The notes under the pieces were generated by a model that was not told where the DNA came from, did not search any database, and worked only from the letters and a program-made list of their open reading frames with translations. Positions 27,090 to 42,162 of a DNA stretch of 64,000 nucleotides are shown in pieces (position 1 is the stretch's first letter; the number at the start of each line of letters is the position of its first letter). The stretch comes from the human T2T-CHM13v2.0 reference genome, Homo sapiens, in the NCBI RefSeq assembly GCF_009914755.1, contig NC_060930.1; one strand, given 5' to 3'. The position numbers and the translations under genes were made by a program.

Positions 27090-28480
27090 ATTTTTTATTA
27101 CGGTATTATTTACGTAAAATAAAAGTCTTTCATTTCATGTGCAATTTGATGAACTTCAGTAAGTATATAGAGTCGCGTAGGCACAATATCAAGATACAGA
27201 GAGTTCTCTCACCCTAAAAAGCCTCCTTGTGGCCCTTTCGGTTGACCTTTCTCTTCATCCCCAAACCCAAGCAATCACTGATTTTCTTTTGTCATTATGG
27301 TTTGCCTTTTCTAGAATGTCATATATATGGACTTGGATAATACTTAGATGTTTGTGTTTGCTTTCTTTAACTTTACAAAGTATTTCTGAGGTTCATCCAT
27401 GTTGCATGTATTAATATTTTGTTCTTTGTAATTGCTAAGTAGCATTCTATTGTGTAGATATATCACAGTTTGTTTATCCATTAATCAGCTGATGGACGTT
27501 TGGATTGCTTCCAGTTTGGGGCTGTTGTGTATTAATGCTGCTGTGAGCATTCATGGACACATCTTTGTCTGCATAATGTGTTCATTTCTCTTGTTTCAAT
27601 ACTTAGAACTGGGAGTGAAGGGTCATATAGGGCTGTATATTTACTTTTCTAAAATATTGTTAATAGTATTTTTTAAAGCAACTGTACCATTTTGTATTCC
27701 CACCAGCCTGCAAGATGGCCCCCAGTGATCGCTGCTTCCTTGGGCTTGTGCCAGTAATACAGTCTCTTCCCATATTTTGTCAGCATGGGTTTGTGTGATC
27801 AGTAGAGTATAGCAAAAGAGGTGGTACATCACTTCTGAGCTTAGGTTGTAAAATACACTTTAGCTTTCATCTTGGTTGGTTATTTATGCTCTCTTGAATC
27901 ATTTGCTTTGTTGGGGAAGCCAGGTGCTGTATTGTGAGCAGCCTTATGCAGAGACCCACATAGTGAGGAACTGAGACCTCTGGCCAACAGCCAGTGAGAA
28001 ACTGGTACTGCCTACTCACAGCTATGTGAGTGAGCTTGGAAGCAGATATCCAACCAGTTATACCTCCAGATGCCTGCAGCCTCAGGGGACCTCTTAATTG
28101 CAACCTCAAGAGAGACCTGGAAAGCTACTCAAGTAAACTGCTCTTGGATTCCTGAGCATCAGAAACTGTGTGAGATAATTAATGTTTGTTGTTTTAAGCT
28201 TCAAAGTTTGGGGATAATTTGTTTACACATCAATAGATAAGGAATACAAGGAGAGTTCCATCTTCTCCATACCCTCAGCAACATTTTATATTGTTGGTTC
28301 TCTTTAGCGATTCTAGTAGTTATGTGATGGCACTTACTGTGTTTTTGTTTTGCATTTCTCTGTTGACTCATGATGTTGAGCCTATATTCATGTGTTTGAT
28401 GGCTATTTGTGTATCTTCTCTTGTGAAGGGTTTGTCCAAATCTTTTGCCCATTTAAAAAATTGAGTCATTTTTATGTTTT
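27090..28480 (-). mobile_element. L1M (L1MB/ME-like) 3' region, antisense, interrupted by MLT1F
   Basis: 'tttgccttttctagaatgtcatata', 'gttcatccatgttgcatgtat', 'tgtaccattttgtattcccaccagc', then after the LTR 'gagagttcca..ttttgcatttctct..atcttttgcccattt'. Confidence 0.85.
27706..28248 (+). mobile_element. MLT1F-like MaLR solo LTR
   Basis: 'aagatggcccccagtgatc..ggggaagccag..gaggaactgagacctctggccaacagcca..gtttggggataatttgtt..caatagataaggaataca'. Confidence 0.8.
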
Positions 28481-30186
28481 CATTTTGTGTTTTCTTCCCT
28501 GAAAATTTGTTGCCCCCATCTCTATAAGAGATGAGAATCCTTACCAGATGCAGCTACCATAATTGTTGCTGTGCAGAATTAAGTAAGTCTTGCGGTAACT
28601 TTGTAGCAGCATTTCGATCATACTTAGCTTTAAGTTCTCCATCCCCTGCATTTTCCTAAAGTGACGTCGAGTTAAGAATCATGCGCCATTGATGGTAATC
28701 CTCCAGCCTGCACTCAAAACGTTTTCCGTATCATTAATCGCTTCCCTGTCTCTTGCCAGTTACTGAGGGTTCCATAAACACAGTGCTTCCCCATGCTGCA
28801 GGAGTCCTTCCCCGAAAGATATGAGCGTTTCTTCTTCTGCATATGCCATAGCACATTCGTCATTTTCTTACATGTTCATATTTTATAGTCATTGCTAATT
28901 TTTGTTTCCATTGTAATCTTACCCTCTTTCTCGCTAGTCCCTTTAACACCCACTGCTTCTGTACTCACCAGATATCACAGGCTACTGCCACTCTTGTGAC
29001 ACCTCACATGTAAGTATAAAGCACAATGAATTCCATGAAAATCATATCCAGTCAAATTAGCAGAATTTTCATAACACCTACCTCACGGTGCTATTGTAAA
29101 GATTTTTTTTTTTCCTGGTATGTAAATTCTTTTTGAGGTTAGAGATCTCCTTTTACAGGACTTAGTATCTAACAAATTCAGTAACCAAACTTCTTGACCT
29201 CCCCAATATTAGATCACTAAATGTGCAAAAGAACTACCGTTATCTAGGTCAATAAAAACTACTCATTTTGTATGAAACGGTATGTGCATAGATTTTAAAG
29301 CTGTGAAAATGCAATAAAGAGCACAACACATTTTGGTCACTTAATTAAATGACTTTTAATAAAGTAGTAGTAGTTTAAGTTTCAACTACCAAACAACACT
29401 TTGAATGGTGAAAACACAGATAGTATATTGTCATATTTGAACGCTTTTCTTTAAAAACATAATTCTAATTTGTGTATATATTACAAAACAGCCTTACAGA
29501 AAGAAGTGAGATCTTTCTACAGCACTTAAGATAACTCAATACAGGACTGATTTATTAAGATAGTGTATATTCGACTTTTCTAGCTCAAGAGATGAGTTAA
29601 AGGATAAACTCTGAAAAAGTAAAATGTATTATGTAAACATTGATAAAATATTACTATTTATTGCTGGTTTTATTTAAATGGGCATTTCTTCACAGCTTTA
29701 TCTTAAGTACAGATTTAAAATTCTACCAGCAATATAATCATGTCAGCAAATATTTATTGAGTATCTGCTATGTATTAAGCATTGTACTAGGTCTGTAAAT
29801 GCCAATGTTGGCAGTTGGCATATTTTCTATGAACTTTATTTTGTATTCAACAAGTATTTATCGAGCCCCTACCATGTTCTGGGCCTAGTATTGGGAGTGA
29901 ATATATGAAAATGAGTAAGCTGAGAATCTCATATTCCAGGGAGTCCCAGTTGCAGAGGCTGATGTGGAGATGCACCACTGTGCCCGGCTTTCCCTGCAAT
30001 CTTTTGTTTATGGAATTTGCAGAGTGGCTAGAGTGTATATAGCCTTACACTCTGCAGACCTTGCTCCTGCCCTGCCACCCACCACTTTAGGGTTTCCAAT
30101 GTTATAAGCATGCCCTTGCGGGCTGGAGCTGATGTTTGCCTCTGCTTTTCCTGTAATATGGTCTCCATGGCTCACAGAGGCATCTA

Positions 30187-30468
<282 letters not shown>

Positions 30469-30749
30469 TTAACTGTTGGACAGTTGCTTTTCATTCTCAT
30501 TTATTCCTCTTTTCTCCACTTAGAATTTAACATTCTAGAAGGTAGGGATCACATGTCTCTTAGTACAGTGCTCAGTGCAGAGCAACACTTAAGAAATACT
30601 GCTTTAAATGAAAGAAGGGTCTGACAAAACATTGATAGAACAAATGTCTTTTGATGTGTGGCTAGATGAAGACTGCAGTGTATCGACCTCCAAGAGGAAT
30701 GGAAAGTCAAAGTCGCAGTCTCTATAGGGGACCTTATGTCTACCCCGGA

Positions 30750-30975
30750 CCACCAAGCTGGGACTGGAGATCTAACTTCTAGCTGTATTGCCAACTAGCT
30801 CTGTGACATTGGACAGGTGACTTGATGGCTCTTAGACTGTTTCCTCATTTATAAAATGGGAGCAGTAGTATTAGCTATTCACGGAGTTGTTTTGAGGATT
30901 GAAAGACATGATGCACAGAAAGCACCCGGAATGAATGAAGGTCTCTTACATAGTAGGTGCTCACAAACGTTTAAC
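30750..30975 (+). mobile_element. MIR
   Basis: 'actagctctgtgacattggacaggtgactt..gtttcctcatttataaaatggg..catagtaggtgctca'. Confidence 0.75.
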
Positions 30976-33644
30976 AAATTATTTATGTTTTTCTCATAAA
31001 GCACTACAGATGTAATGACAGTTCAATGACTTTATAAAGTACAACATGCTGCACAAATATTTTACTGTCATTTGCTTTTATTTTGTCTCTTGTGTTAATG
31101 GCATACCCCTCTATATTATGAAAATACCAGTTTGGTTTAAAGACACAGTGGACAGTGTCATGTGATACAATGACAGTGAGTGCCAGCGCTATTTCAGCAG
31201 CAAGAATTATTGGAGTTCCTGTCAGAAGTTCATCTTGGGCCACTATTGGGGCCTTTCAATACTCCTTACGTTGTTTTTCTCTAGCTCTTGTTTTCTGTTT
31301 CCTCCTTTTTTTTTTCTTTTTTTTTTTTTGTGGTGTCAAGTAGGCTTTGTGAGGATGGTTTAAAATGTAGGGTATATACTCAGAGTTTAAATAGTCAGTG
31401 ACTACTTGTTTGAGTCAGGTTTGGTTTTAAAAAGTAAAATTCTATGTTTTAGAACCATAATACCTTCAAAGAAAGCAGCAGCCCTGGTGATCATACCATC
31501 CACCCATCCTTTAGTTCACAAAGAAGGCGGAGAACGCTCAGGAGGCCTGCCAAGCTCCTGTAGCCGCAGGACTGGAATCCGGGTCTGTACTGGCTGCGGC
31601 TTCACACTGCCTCGCTTCTCAGCGGGCTTTGAAACTCTGCGTGTTTAGGTGTCCTTGATAGGTTCTTATTCTTTTTGTATCTTTCTATTGCTAATAAGAG
31701 CAAATTTTCTGTTTGCACTGTAGAGACTTATTTCCTACATTTTGGGAAGGTGGTCCTCCTGTGGAAGGGCAAACTCCATTATTAGGTTCATGCCCACTAA
31801 TTCTCTTCTCTCTCTTCCTACTACCCATCCTTTCCACTTGGAGTATTCTCTTCTGTTGTTTCCTTCACATCTCATCCTTCTTTATCATTCCCATGTCTCC
31901 CTTGCTGTATTGCCTGCACAAGTTCACATGTTTGAGGAACGAAACTTCAAACATAGTCTGTACCAAGAGGCTTTATTATTTTCTTTTTCCTCTCTCCCCC
32001 TTTTCCCCTAGAGCTAGTTCAAGGTGTCCTAATGGTCTAAAATGTCAAAAGAAAACTAGATGGGGAAAAAGCAATCGAAAATAACTCTATTACAAGCTTC
32101 CTTATAGTTCAGATTCATCCCTTTCTTTTTGACCCCTTTAAACAAATGAACATGTTGGCCTATTTCAGGGGTAATTGCTCTTCTCTTCAGAATACACCTC
32201 CTAAAATGACTGCTGTGTGAGGTTGAACATTGTGGGTGACGAATGTCTGCCAGAGCAGAGAACTTTGTTGTTTTCCCTCCTTCCCTCTCATTGCCTTCAT
32301 TTTCTTCCCTTTTAGATAATAAAATCCTTTTCCAATTATGGAAACTGTAGAGGTCAAAATGTGACTCAGGTTAAACCCTGTGAAAACTGTAGCCGCCTGA
32401 AATTATAATGCACATTTTTGCTTTTGAGCCAAGGTAGTGTGCCAGCTGGAAGATGTAAATTTGTCATCATTTTCTGCCTTTGTTTCATCTTTTCTTTCCT
32501 TTTCTACATCGTCGTAATTCTCAAACTTTATTGTTTTTCTCTGTTATTCTCTCCCCTTGGTAAACCCCTGTGCTCCCAGTGGAGCCAGAAGAAATTGTAC
32601 ATGGGGCTTTGATATTTTGCCAACTGTTTTCTATAATTAAAAGTGAATTGGAAATGGGAACACTTCCTCTGTTCCACCGATGCTTCTGGGGTCTAGTCTA
32701 ATAGAAACATGGAAAGGTGCAAAAAAAGAATCTGGAGCTAGGAAGGGAAAATGGAAGCTTGCAACTCAGGCTAAGGAGTTCCTAATGGAACATCAGCCCT
32801 TTAAGCCTTCGGGTTTTCTGTTCTAAATTTGCTCTTTTCTTTGTGTCAGATCATTAGAAAGTTTTATCCAAAATTAAACCAGTAATACTGAGGTGGTAGC
32901 TCATAGAGCTTGTGATTGGCTTGATCCATGCTAATTATCTTCTCAGTTGAAGTAATCAAAGGCAGAGACCATAACAGAACAATGTGGACTCTGAGAGACT
33001 GGTATTTAAATTCTCATGATTTAAGCAGAAATAGTAAATAGATTACAATTTGTGTATCAGGCCTAATTAGTCCCTAGTGCAGGGCTGATGGACCATGATC
33101 CTATAAAATATTCAGTATCACGATGCCCTGCCTGAGCAGCTAACCAGCCCTTCACTGTCTGAATATGGAAGAAAGCTTGTCTTGTTAAAATCATCTCAAA
33201 TTACTATGACCTGCTTTTCCCCTAGGATCCCTGCACAACTCTCCCTGACTCCCCACCCCCAGCTAATTCTTCTACTTTCTTCCCGATTACTACGGCCATA
33301 TAAAACAATATATGCCCTTTTCTTCTTATCTTTTTTTTGGTTGGGGGTGGAAGGAGGGTAATACTCCATTGAGTACTCTGCTTTTGAATCCGTTGAATGT
33401 CTCTCTAGTTGCTCTGCACAGAGCACATTGCTTAAGTGCGCCATTTGTCACTTCTGTGTTTTTAGTTGATGACTCTAGTGTTGATACTATAGGAATCAGT
33501 ATAAGATTATTTAAAATGAAGCCTTACAAGGTGTTCAGCATTCAGAATATTTTGTCATCGAGAGGGAGGAGCTTTGGGAAATTAGTGAATTTGCTCTACC
33601 TAAAAGCTTGACATCTGTGTAGAGCATACAAGAGATGAGGGTGT

Positions 33645-34215
33645 GCGTGCATTAACTTGCTACGGGTGCCATAACAAATACTGCAGAGTGGAGTGTTTAA
33701 GTGGCAGAAATTTATTTTCTCATAGTTCTGGAGGCTACAAATCTGACATCAAAGTGTTAGTAGGGCTGGTTTCTCCTGAGGCCTCTTTCCTTGGCTTGTA
33801 GATGGTTACTTTCTCCCTGTGTCCTCACATGGTCTTTCCCTCTGTGTGTATCTGTGTCCTAATCTCTTCTTCTTGTAAGGACATCCAAGTCAAATTGGAT
33901 TAGGGCCCATCTTATGACCTCATTTTAACTAATTACCTCTTAATTACCTCTTTAAAGGCTGTATCACGTTCTGAGGTCCTGGGGGTTAGGACTTTCATAT
34001 ATGAAGTTTTTGTTGTTGTTGTTGTTTCTTTCTTTTTATTTAATTTTATTTTTTTAGAGGTAGAGGTCTCACTATATTGCCTAGGCTGGATTCAAACTCC
34101 TGACCTCAAGCAGTCCTCCCACCTCAGCCTCCTGAGTAGCTGGGCCTGTGTGCATGCACCTCTGCACCCAGCTGTGAATATATGTTTTGAGGGGGCATGA
34201 TTCAGCCCCAAATGG
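33645..34215 (-). mobile_element. MLT1A-like MaLR solo LTR, antisense, interrupted by FLAM
   Basis: 'gccataacaaatac..agaaatttattttctcatagttctggaggct..tgtcctcacatgg..ttggattagggccca..gggggttaggact', then 'ttttgagggggcatgattcagccc'. Confidence 0.85.
34025..34173 (-). mobile_element. FLAM monomer, antisense
   Basis: T-rich tail, then 'ggtctcactatattgcctaggctgg..ctcaagcagtcctcccacctcagcctcctgagtagctggg'. Confidence 0.8.
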
Positions 34216-36047
34216 GGTGAAGAAGCTCTAATCCTGTTACTGTGAACAGCATTCAATATAAAAGTAAGGCTAACTCCCTTATAGGATGGTACTGAGACTT
34301 AAATGAAATCTCGTGTATGATGATTTTGAAAACTCCAAATCCCTACTTATAAGAATGGTAGCATCGTTATCATTATTATATAAAATACAACAATACATAT
34401 AATGATCATTATAATATAAAAATGATCCTGTTTGAAATGACTGAGTCCACATGAGGAAAGAGTGAGTTTGAATTGATAACTGTTCCCAGAGAAACTAGTC
34501 CATGTAGAGAAGGAAACCAAGATGTTAGGAGCAGGCCAGGGGCCAGCATCGTTGCAACTCTGTTGAGTTTGGAGCTGTTCTAAAATAGTGAATCTTTTTG
34601 CCAGGCCTGATGAGAATGAAAATCTTAATGTGGGATAAAGGACAAACTGAACAGCACCTACAATGATTGGCTGTCATGGATTAAATGTCAGAAAAATGAG
34701 TAAAAGGAACATTGGGTGTTGATTTCATTAATAATAGAAATAAAAATGTTTCAACAAACATCATTTCACACCTTCAGTTAAAAGCCTGTATTAACTGTTA
34801 TCATGGTAAATAAGATATTTAACATGGAAAATGAATGCCAATGGTATCATTCAAACTTCTTATAGTTCTCTAAATATATGTAAAATATTTTCCTCAATAT
34901 TGTTCTGACTGAGAGCAATAAATGTGGGTAATTTTATTATTCTTTTATTTTAAATAGAATTTTAGGAAATGTTTATTTTTAAAATGTAATCCTTTCATTT
35001 ATTCTCCTCTACCCTAAATAAGTAATTCATTAACCTTTCATTGTAATAGGAGCGTGAGCATCTGAAGGCAATTAACTGTTTTACATTATCATTCATTGTG
35101 AATAAACAAATAGTTTCACCCTCTTTCCCCAGAGAGCTATAATTTAGGGATTGTGTAGCTAATTATACAACTCTAGAGCCAGTTTTGAGAGGGATAGCTA
35201 TCTTCTCTGATCACATCTGCTTTCACCTACTGTGCTGGGGGCCCTGGGGAATGGAAGGGACTCTCTAGGGGTGTTTAGGACTTACATATTTGTTGAGTTA
35301 GGCGATTTGATGTTACTTGTGGTTTCATTGAATGGAATCTAGGACAGATCTTAAAGGATAAGAAATGATTAAAATTTTTTTTCATCTTTTGGTGTTCTAA
35401 ATTGGAAACACATCCTCCTCTGATGGTAAAATAGTCAGTTCTGGATTATCTCAAAAGAGAAGATTATTTGAGTGGTAGAGTTTTCAGGCTCCTTATTTTT
35501 TCCTTTTATTCGTGTCACTAGGCTTTTGCTTGTTTCGTTTTTAAGAGTTATCGTTCAAGAGCATCAGCGGGGAAAGGAAATGCCAGGGTGAATCAGATCG
35601 GCCAAGTTAACCATCTGACTGTCTGATGGAGCTTATTTTACTTATCATAAAACGTAAGTGTTTCTCCTCTAGAGTTTAAGTTGCTTGAGGGAGGAATCTG
35701 TTCATCACCGTGTCTCTAACACCAGCGGAGTGACTGCACGCACCAGGTACTCAGTAGATGTTGGCTAAGTTCAATTGTTGAATTAGATTTATGATCCATG
35801 TATTTTTTTTTGTTTTTAGTTTACACAAAAAGTAGAGTTGGCTTTATGTCACCTATGACTAACTCCTCTATACCTCCTCAAAGCAGCTGTCACTTACCAC
35901 CAGCATTTAGTCACTTTTCAGATTGAATTCCTGTTTCTTTACAGCAGGATAGGAGCATGAAGAGAAGGTTAAGATATCTGAGTTAAGACGAGGGAGCTCC
36001 TTAATTGAATTGGGAAAACCTACAACATAAATTAAGCAGGATGCTAG

Positions 36048-36392
<345 letters not shown>

Positions 36393-38120
36393 TAACTTGG
36401 TTCTGGCCAACGTGTGCCTACCCCAAGGAACCTGGGAGAGTGGACATTTTTTTCTGGATGAAGTCTTTTGGGAGTAGAAAGAAGGGAAGCAAGTCAGATA
36501 GTGTGGTGCTTCCCTAGTGGTTTTATTAGGGAGGTCCAGACACATGTTTCCTTCATGAGACGCAGACTGCACTTTAGTTCCCTTCAGTGCAGGACATGAG
36601 TGAATTAGGGCAATGCAATGAAAAGGAAAGAATGGTTAGAATAAGGTCAGAAGGTTTGATTTCTGTTTTCAGATTTAGCACTGCTTGGGTCTGTGAGCTT
36701 GGAGCAAGTCATTTAATCTCTCTGGGCCCTAACATGCTCATCCATGAGTGAGTTAAATGGATTGACAGCTAATGATTGCTGCTCCTAATTCTATGCATTT
36801 AGAAAATTCAAACTTCCCTCAAGTTCCCCGTAGAGTTCTTACCGTTTGCTGTAGTTTGAACTTCAGGATCATTGTCTCCCAATTTGCTTCCTTTGGCTTG
36901 GTGATATCATTGCCTGCAGAAATAGAAAACTGGTACAAAGCCATTTATCTAGTTCTGTGTGCCAGAATATCTTTGATGAGATCATAAGTCGTTCTTTTAC
37001 TTTTTAAAACTAAGTGACTCAAATAGTAGTCACTAACTACTTAAACTTTGGGTACAGCAATGGCCTACATTTCCTGTTTCTTTTGTGTTGGTTTTCAACT
37101 GTCCCTGTATGGTTGCTGCCTTTTCAATGCCTTCTTTCTTCTCTCTGCATACATTAATACAAGGGGCATCTGAAATTTCAGCAGAAGCAAATGTCAACTG
37201 TACCAAGCTGAGGTAGCAATTCTAGGGGTGGTGTCCTTTCCAAATGTGTTGTTTTATGAAGATATAAGTTTTACATGATTCTTCGTGTCAGCAGTTTTGC
37301 CACTTGCCATCGTTTAAGAAGTCTATTGGGTATCTGATCCTGTTCTCTATTATTTCATTGTGCTGCCTCCCTCTCGCCCTCCCTCCCTCTCTCCCTAGAA
37401 AACTTTATTTTCTCTAGCTTGGGAAAATGTGTGTGGTACAGTGAGAAATTCTGGTAACTTGGGTACTGCGTTTTCTTCAGCTTCTTGAGAAAAGGCTGCT
37501 GTGGAGGCTGGGAAAGTACTCATAGAAATGCAGCTTTTCTCCCAGGCTGCAAAGAGCTGCCCATATGGTTCTGTCGAAGCAGAATGGAGACCAAATAAGA
37601 CTTGAGGAGGAAGACACCACATTAGTAAGCATCTCTCCTGGATGACTGAAGGGAAATCAAGGCCAGCCACACCAGCGGAGGGTGGGGCAAGGCCAGGCGC
37701 CTCAGATGCAGCTTGCAGAGGAGAGGCCTGTGCAGTTACCTTCAGTGTTTTTCATCAGAGCAGGTAAACTGCAGGCCTGTCTGGTACCAGGTGCTGGCTA
37801 AGGAACATACCAGGGTACCATGGTTAAGGCACGGACTCTGGAGTTAGACAAACCTAGGTTTAATTGCTAAGGGAGTCAGAGTGCTTTGGTTGTAAGCTGT
37901 AGCACCAATTTTTGCTACCTTACATTTTTTTTTTTTAAAGGAGAGGATGTATTAAAATGACACTGGATAATTCACAGAACCGGTAGAAGAGTTGAAAGGA
38001 TAAAGGATAAGAAGAGGGTAGTTCTGGTATTTAGGACAGCCACTTGAAGGTGGTGCCACTGGAATGACTTGGAACAAAACATTTTCTGTCCTTGTGACAT
38101 TCCAGTCAAGCTTCAAATCC

Positions 38121-38122
<2 letters not shown>

Positions 38123-38162
<40 letters not shown>
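38123..38162. repeat. (GA)20 microsatellite
   Basis: Perfect GA run. Confidence 0.97.
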
Positions 38163-38167
<5 letters not shown>

Positions 38168-38664
38168 GGTCTGGTCTTGTTCTTGTTTTGGGAGATGGGG
38201 CTAGAAGAGGGAATGCAGTGATTAACAAACACAAGATTCATTCACCCAGAGAAAACTGGACTGTGCTTATCAAAAGAAGGGGTTAGAGTTGCTAGACAGA
38301 CCAAGCCAGCAGATGTAAACATGATATGAATGAACATTGCCACTCGCCATCTAGTATCTAAACCTCAAAGAGTTTAAGTAGTATCGGTATACCTCAGCCT
38401 TGTACTAAGGTAAACAAAGGACATAAATCTAATGAAGAAATAACACCTATTTCAGAGATATGCTCACTGTGGGCGTATTGAAAAAGATATTGCCTGTAAA
38501 GCTCTTGGCATATGCTTCATGGTAAGTTCTCAACTCTTAGCTGTGTTAATTACATTTTCTTAACAGAGCCATTAACTGATAGGTGACTACACAGCTCAGT
38601 TTGCCCAGGACAGTCCCAGTTAGTGCCTTTAACCTTCCTAATTAGCATTGTCTTGGGGTTCTCA

Positions 38665-38985
38665 TTTTTTTATTTTATTTTATTTTTATTTATTTATTTA
38701 TTTTTGAGATGGATTCTTGCTCTGTTGCCCAGGCTGGAGTGCAGTGGCGTGATCTCAGCTCACTGCAACCTCCACCTCCCGGTCTAGCAATCCTCATGGC
38801 TCAGCCTCCTGAGTAGCTGGGACTACAGGCGTGAGCCACCACACCCATCTAATTTTTGTATTTTTAGTAGAGATGGGGTTTTGCCACGTTGGCCAGGCTG
38901 ATCTTGAACTTCTGACCTCAAGTGGTCCGCCCGCCTCAGCCTCCCAAAGTGCTGGGATTACAGGTGTGAGCCACCACGCCCAGCT
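38665..38985 (-). mobile_element. AluS (Sz/Sx-like), full length, antisense, inside the hAT element
   Basis: (TTTA)n tail, dimeric body, TSD ttctcatttttt. Confidence 0.92.
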
Positions 38986-40424
38986 GGTTTCTCATTTTTT
39001 AAAATAAAGTATCATTACGGGTTGCATTAAAATATGCCAGAATGGGCTTGATAGACCTTTGCTTTGTCCTTTGAGCTTGCCTGCCCCTCCAGTCACATGT
39101 GAGATGCGTGTGCAGTGAGCAGAGTTCTCAGTGAAATCTAAATCTGTCCAGCAATGACGTTCTTCTCTTCTCCCAGGCCTTTCACAGTGCAGCTGAGCCA
39201 ATACCTCCTTGAATGAAGCATGCAGGTGCTCTTGATAAAACAGTGTGCTGACACACCAGTGGCTGGGGCAGTTAACTCCTCCCAGTCCAGCATGGTGTGG
39301 GAGTAGTATTTGAGACTGCTACCCCAGCCAGCCTTGTGGTCTCTCAGCCAGCTGTGCCGTGGATCACTCCATAGCTTGCAAAGTGCAGGAGCCACTGGCC
39401 TTTAGTCAGATGAAACAGTGAGAATTATAGCAATTTATTCGTTAAAATATGTGTTGGAGAGAGGCTTAGCCATTATGTGTTAGAACCTATAGATGCAGAG
39501 AATAGTTTGGCATGCCCTTTCTGCAAGGGTTTGTCACATTTTATAGGGTATACATCTGAAGTTATTCATTTATTTTACTTTTTGGTAATTTTTAAAATTA
39601 TTTTTCAATAAACCCTTTTGGTCGCAATTACTCTCTCCCCAAAAGCACCTTTTAAGGAAAAATGGATTACTGGATTTGTCAAGAAAGTTGATATTGAACG
39701 TGTAACCTGTCAATATTTACCATTCACATAAAAGTCAGAACAGTATCACTGACCAGATTTCTAAAAGAAAGAAATCTATTGAAGAAGGCTTCACAATTTT
39801 TAAAATTTTAAACATTTCAAAGATGAGCATGTAAGAAACACAATGCAGCATTTTTGCATATTGTTTTCAAAGAATGACTTTTCATTTAGGTGAGACAAGT
39901 AACTCTCAAGATAATTTCATTCTTTCTGGAGTTCAGGTTTTCTCGCACACATGTAAAAATGTAGGTATAGCTTTTAATATCTTGGCTCAGTTAGCAAAAG
40001 AGCTTTACAAACAGTTAAGTGATCCTGCCAATTTTATATCACAGCCATCTCATCAGATACTTCAAATAGAAAATCAGTTAATTCGAATTTTTTTTTGTTT
40101 TTTTCCATGTGATTCATGGGATAAGAGGAATGCTTTTGGAAGTTCATTTTGTCAAAGGTAACACACCTGATTGTGCGTGTGATTGTAAATCCATTCAAAA
40201 AGCTCAATGTTTATGATCAAATTATTTATTTTTGTAGTGATGATATATGAAAACTTTTATGGAGAACAATGTTTTAATAAAAACAACATCCTCACTAAAT
40301 TAAGAAAAGTGTAGCAGAAATATACCTGGATTGATGGTAAGATACATGTGTATATAATTCATAATTTAAAAATTAATAAAATATATAAAAATATTTTAAG
40401 AAAATAGTAAATAAAAGATTTTAT

Positions 40425-40562
40425 TAAAAATGGGAAGATGTAGGTCAAAAGACATGAAGTTGCAGTTATGAAGTACAAGTCTAGAAATTACAGCACAAGG
40501 ACTGTGGTCAATAATATTATATCATATACTAGAAATTGCTAAGAGTAGATTTTAGGTATTCT

Positions 40563-40633
<71 letters not shown>

Positions 40634-40755
40634 TGTGTGAGATGATGGCTATATTAATTTGCCTGGCTGTAGTAATCACTTCACTATACATTTGTATATT
40701 AAAACATCTTATTGCATACCGCAAGTACATATGATTTTAAAAGAAAATAAATTAA
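40425..40755 (+). mobile_element. L1MA-like 3' UTR fragment inserted in the hAT transposase
   Basis: 'aattgctaagagtagattttaggtattct..ataactgtgtgagatgatggctatattaatttgcctggctgtagtaatcacttcac..aaaacatc'. Confidence 0.8.
40565..40628. repeat. Compound microsatellite (AC)19(AG)13
   Basis: Direct reading of the sequence. Confidence 0.95.
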
Positions 40756-42018
40756 TTAAAATATTTAAATAAAATATACAAGTATATAATATGAAATGTA
40801 TTTTGTAAAATCATTGAGTATAGAATGTACATATAATTGATAATTGTATCCAAACGAGTTGTGATATTGTACTCTTAGAATTAGAAGCTGCCATTGTAAA
40901 AATGTACAGATATTTATATCTTTACACAGAATGATTGAACTACAGATTTTTTTCAATACTGAAGTTAAATACAAAAACACACCTCACTGTGGGAAGAACA
41001 CACTTGCTCTCTTTGCCCCCGTCATTGATCAGATTTTAGAAATATGTCAGCCTTTGAAAAACTTCTTTGTATCTCACTGTAACTATGCTACACTGGTAAT
41101 GAGTGTATGAATCCTTTAAATCTTGTCTGCATTTTTGCCCCAAATCAAGTGGAAATCTTAAAAGTATTCAATTACTGGAGTATCAGGAAATTCAGCATAG
41201 GCAGGTTTTAGAGACTTGCCATTATTAAAACCACAGCCTGCCAGCTAGAAGATATTGCCGTATTTCCTCACAAAAGCAGAGTAGGGAGTGACAAATTATA
41301 GGATGAGGGCCCAATGGTAGGTACACAAAATTTAATTTCAAAATTGTATAATTTTTCCTTAGAACAACTACGTTATGGAAATAATTTTTTCATGAGACTT
41401 CTGTATTTTACTGGATAAATTTTTATTCTATATCACAATGGAATGAAGTTGAAAAGGCTTATAATATTGCATCATCCACATTTGGTCAGATATTCAAAAG
41501 AATCATAAAGAGAGACAATTAATATGAGAGCTTGATCTTGCTAAAGTTTTCATTAAAGACCTATACACTGAGTGGAAGCAGAAAGATAGTTCCTTTAAAA
41601 ATATTGGGAATGAAATATTTATGCTTTCCAGTAAAAAAAAAAAAAAAAAAAAAGAATTGAGAACATTTTCCTTTGGTAGGATTTGCTCTGAGCTTATCAC
41701 TTACCCTTAGGTGTTTTCAAAAATTAAAATAGTGTGGACTTAACAGAAACATCCATTGAAGACGTCAACAACTTCAAGTCGCACAAAATGCAACATTAAG
41801 GAAGAGACAAAAATTACTGACACCAAGCTCGTATCAAACACAAATACTTTTAGAGAAATACCAGGACAGAATTCAAAACATACAGTTACAAAACTGCTCA
41901 AGGTATGTAAATGTATGCCAAGACCAATTACTATTTATATTACTTTTAAATGTTTATAATTAACATAAAGAATGTAAAGAATATAAAGTTTTTATATTTT
42001 GCCTTAATGTATGTGGAC

Positions 42019-42162
42019 TTTTATTTTTTCTTTTTTGACATAGGGTCTTTCTCTCTGTTACCCCGGCTGGAGGGCAGTGGCACAATCTCGGCTCACTGCA
42101 GTCTTTGCCACCTCAGTCTCCCAAGTAGCTGGGACCACAGATGCAAGCCATCACACCTGGCT
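42019..42162 (-). mobile_element. FRAM/AluJ right-arm fragment with internal deletion
   Basis: 'ggctggagggcagtggcacaatctcggctcactgcag..ccacctcagtctcccaagtagctgggaccacag'; flanks tggac(g)tttt. Confidence 0.8.

Noticed and set aside
39874-40161. 95-aa ORF as a domesticated transposase gene
   Set aside because: It is one in-frame stretch of the fossil hAT transposase. The catalytic motifs fall in other frames and the coding region is split by an L1 fragment.
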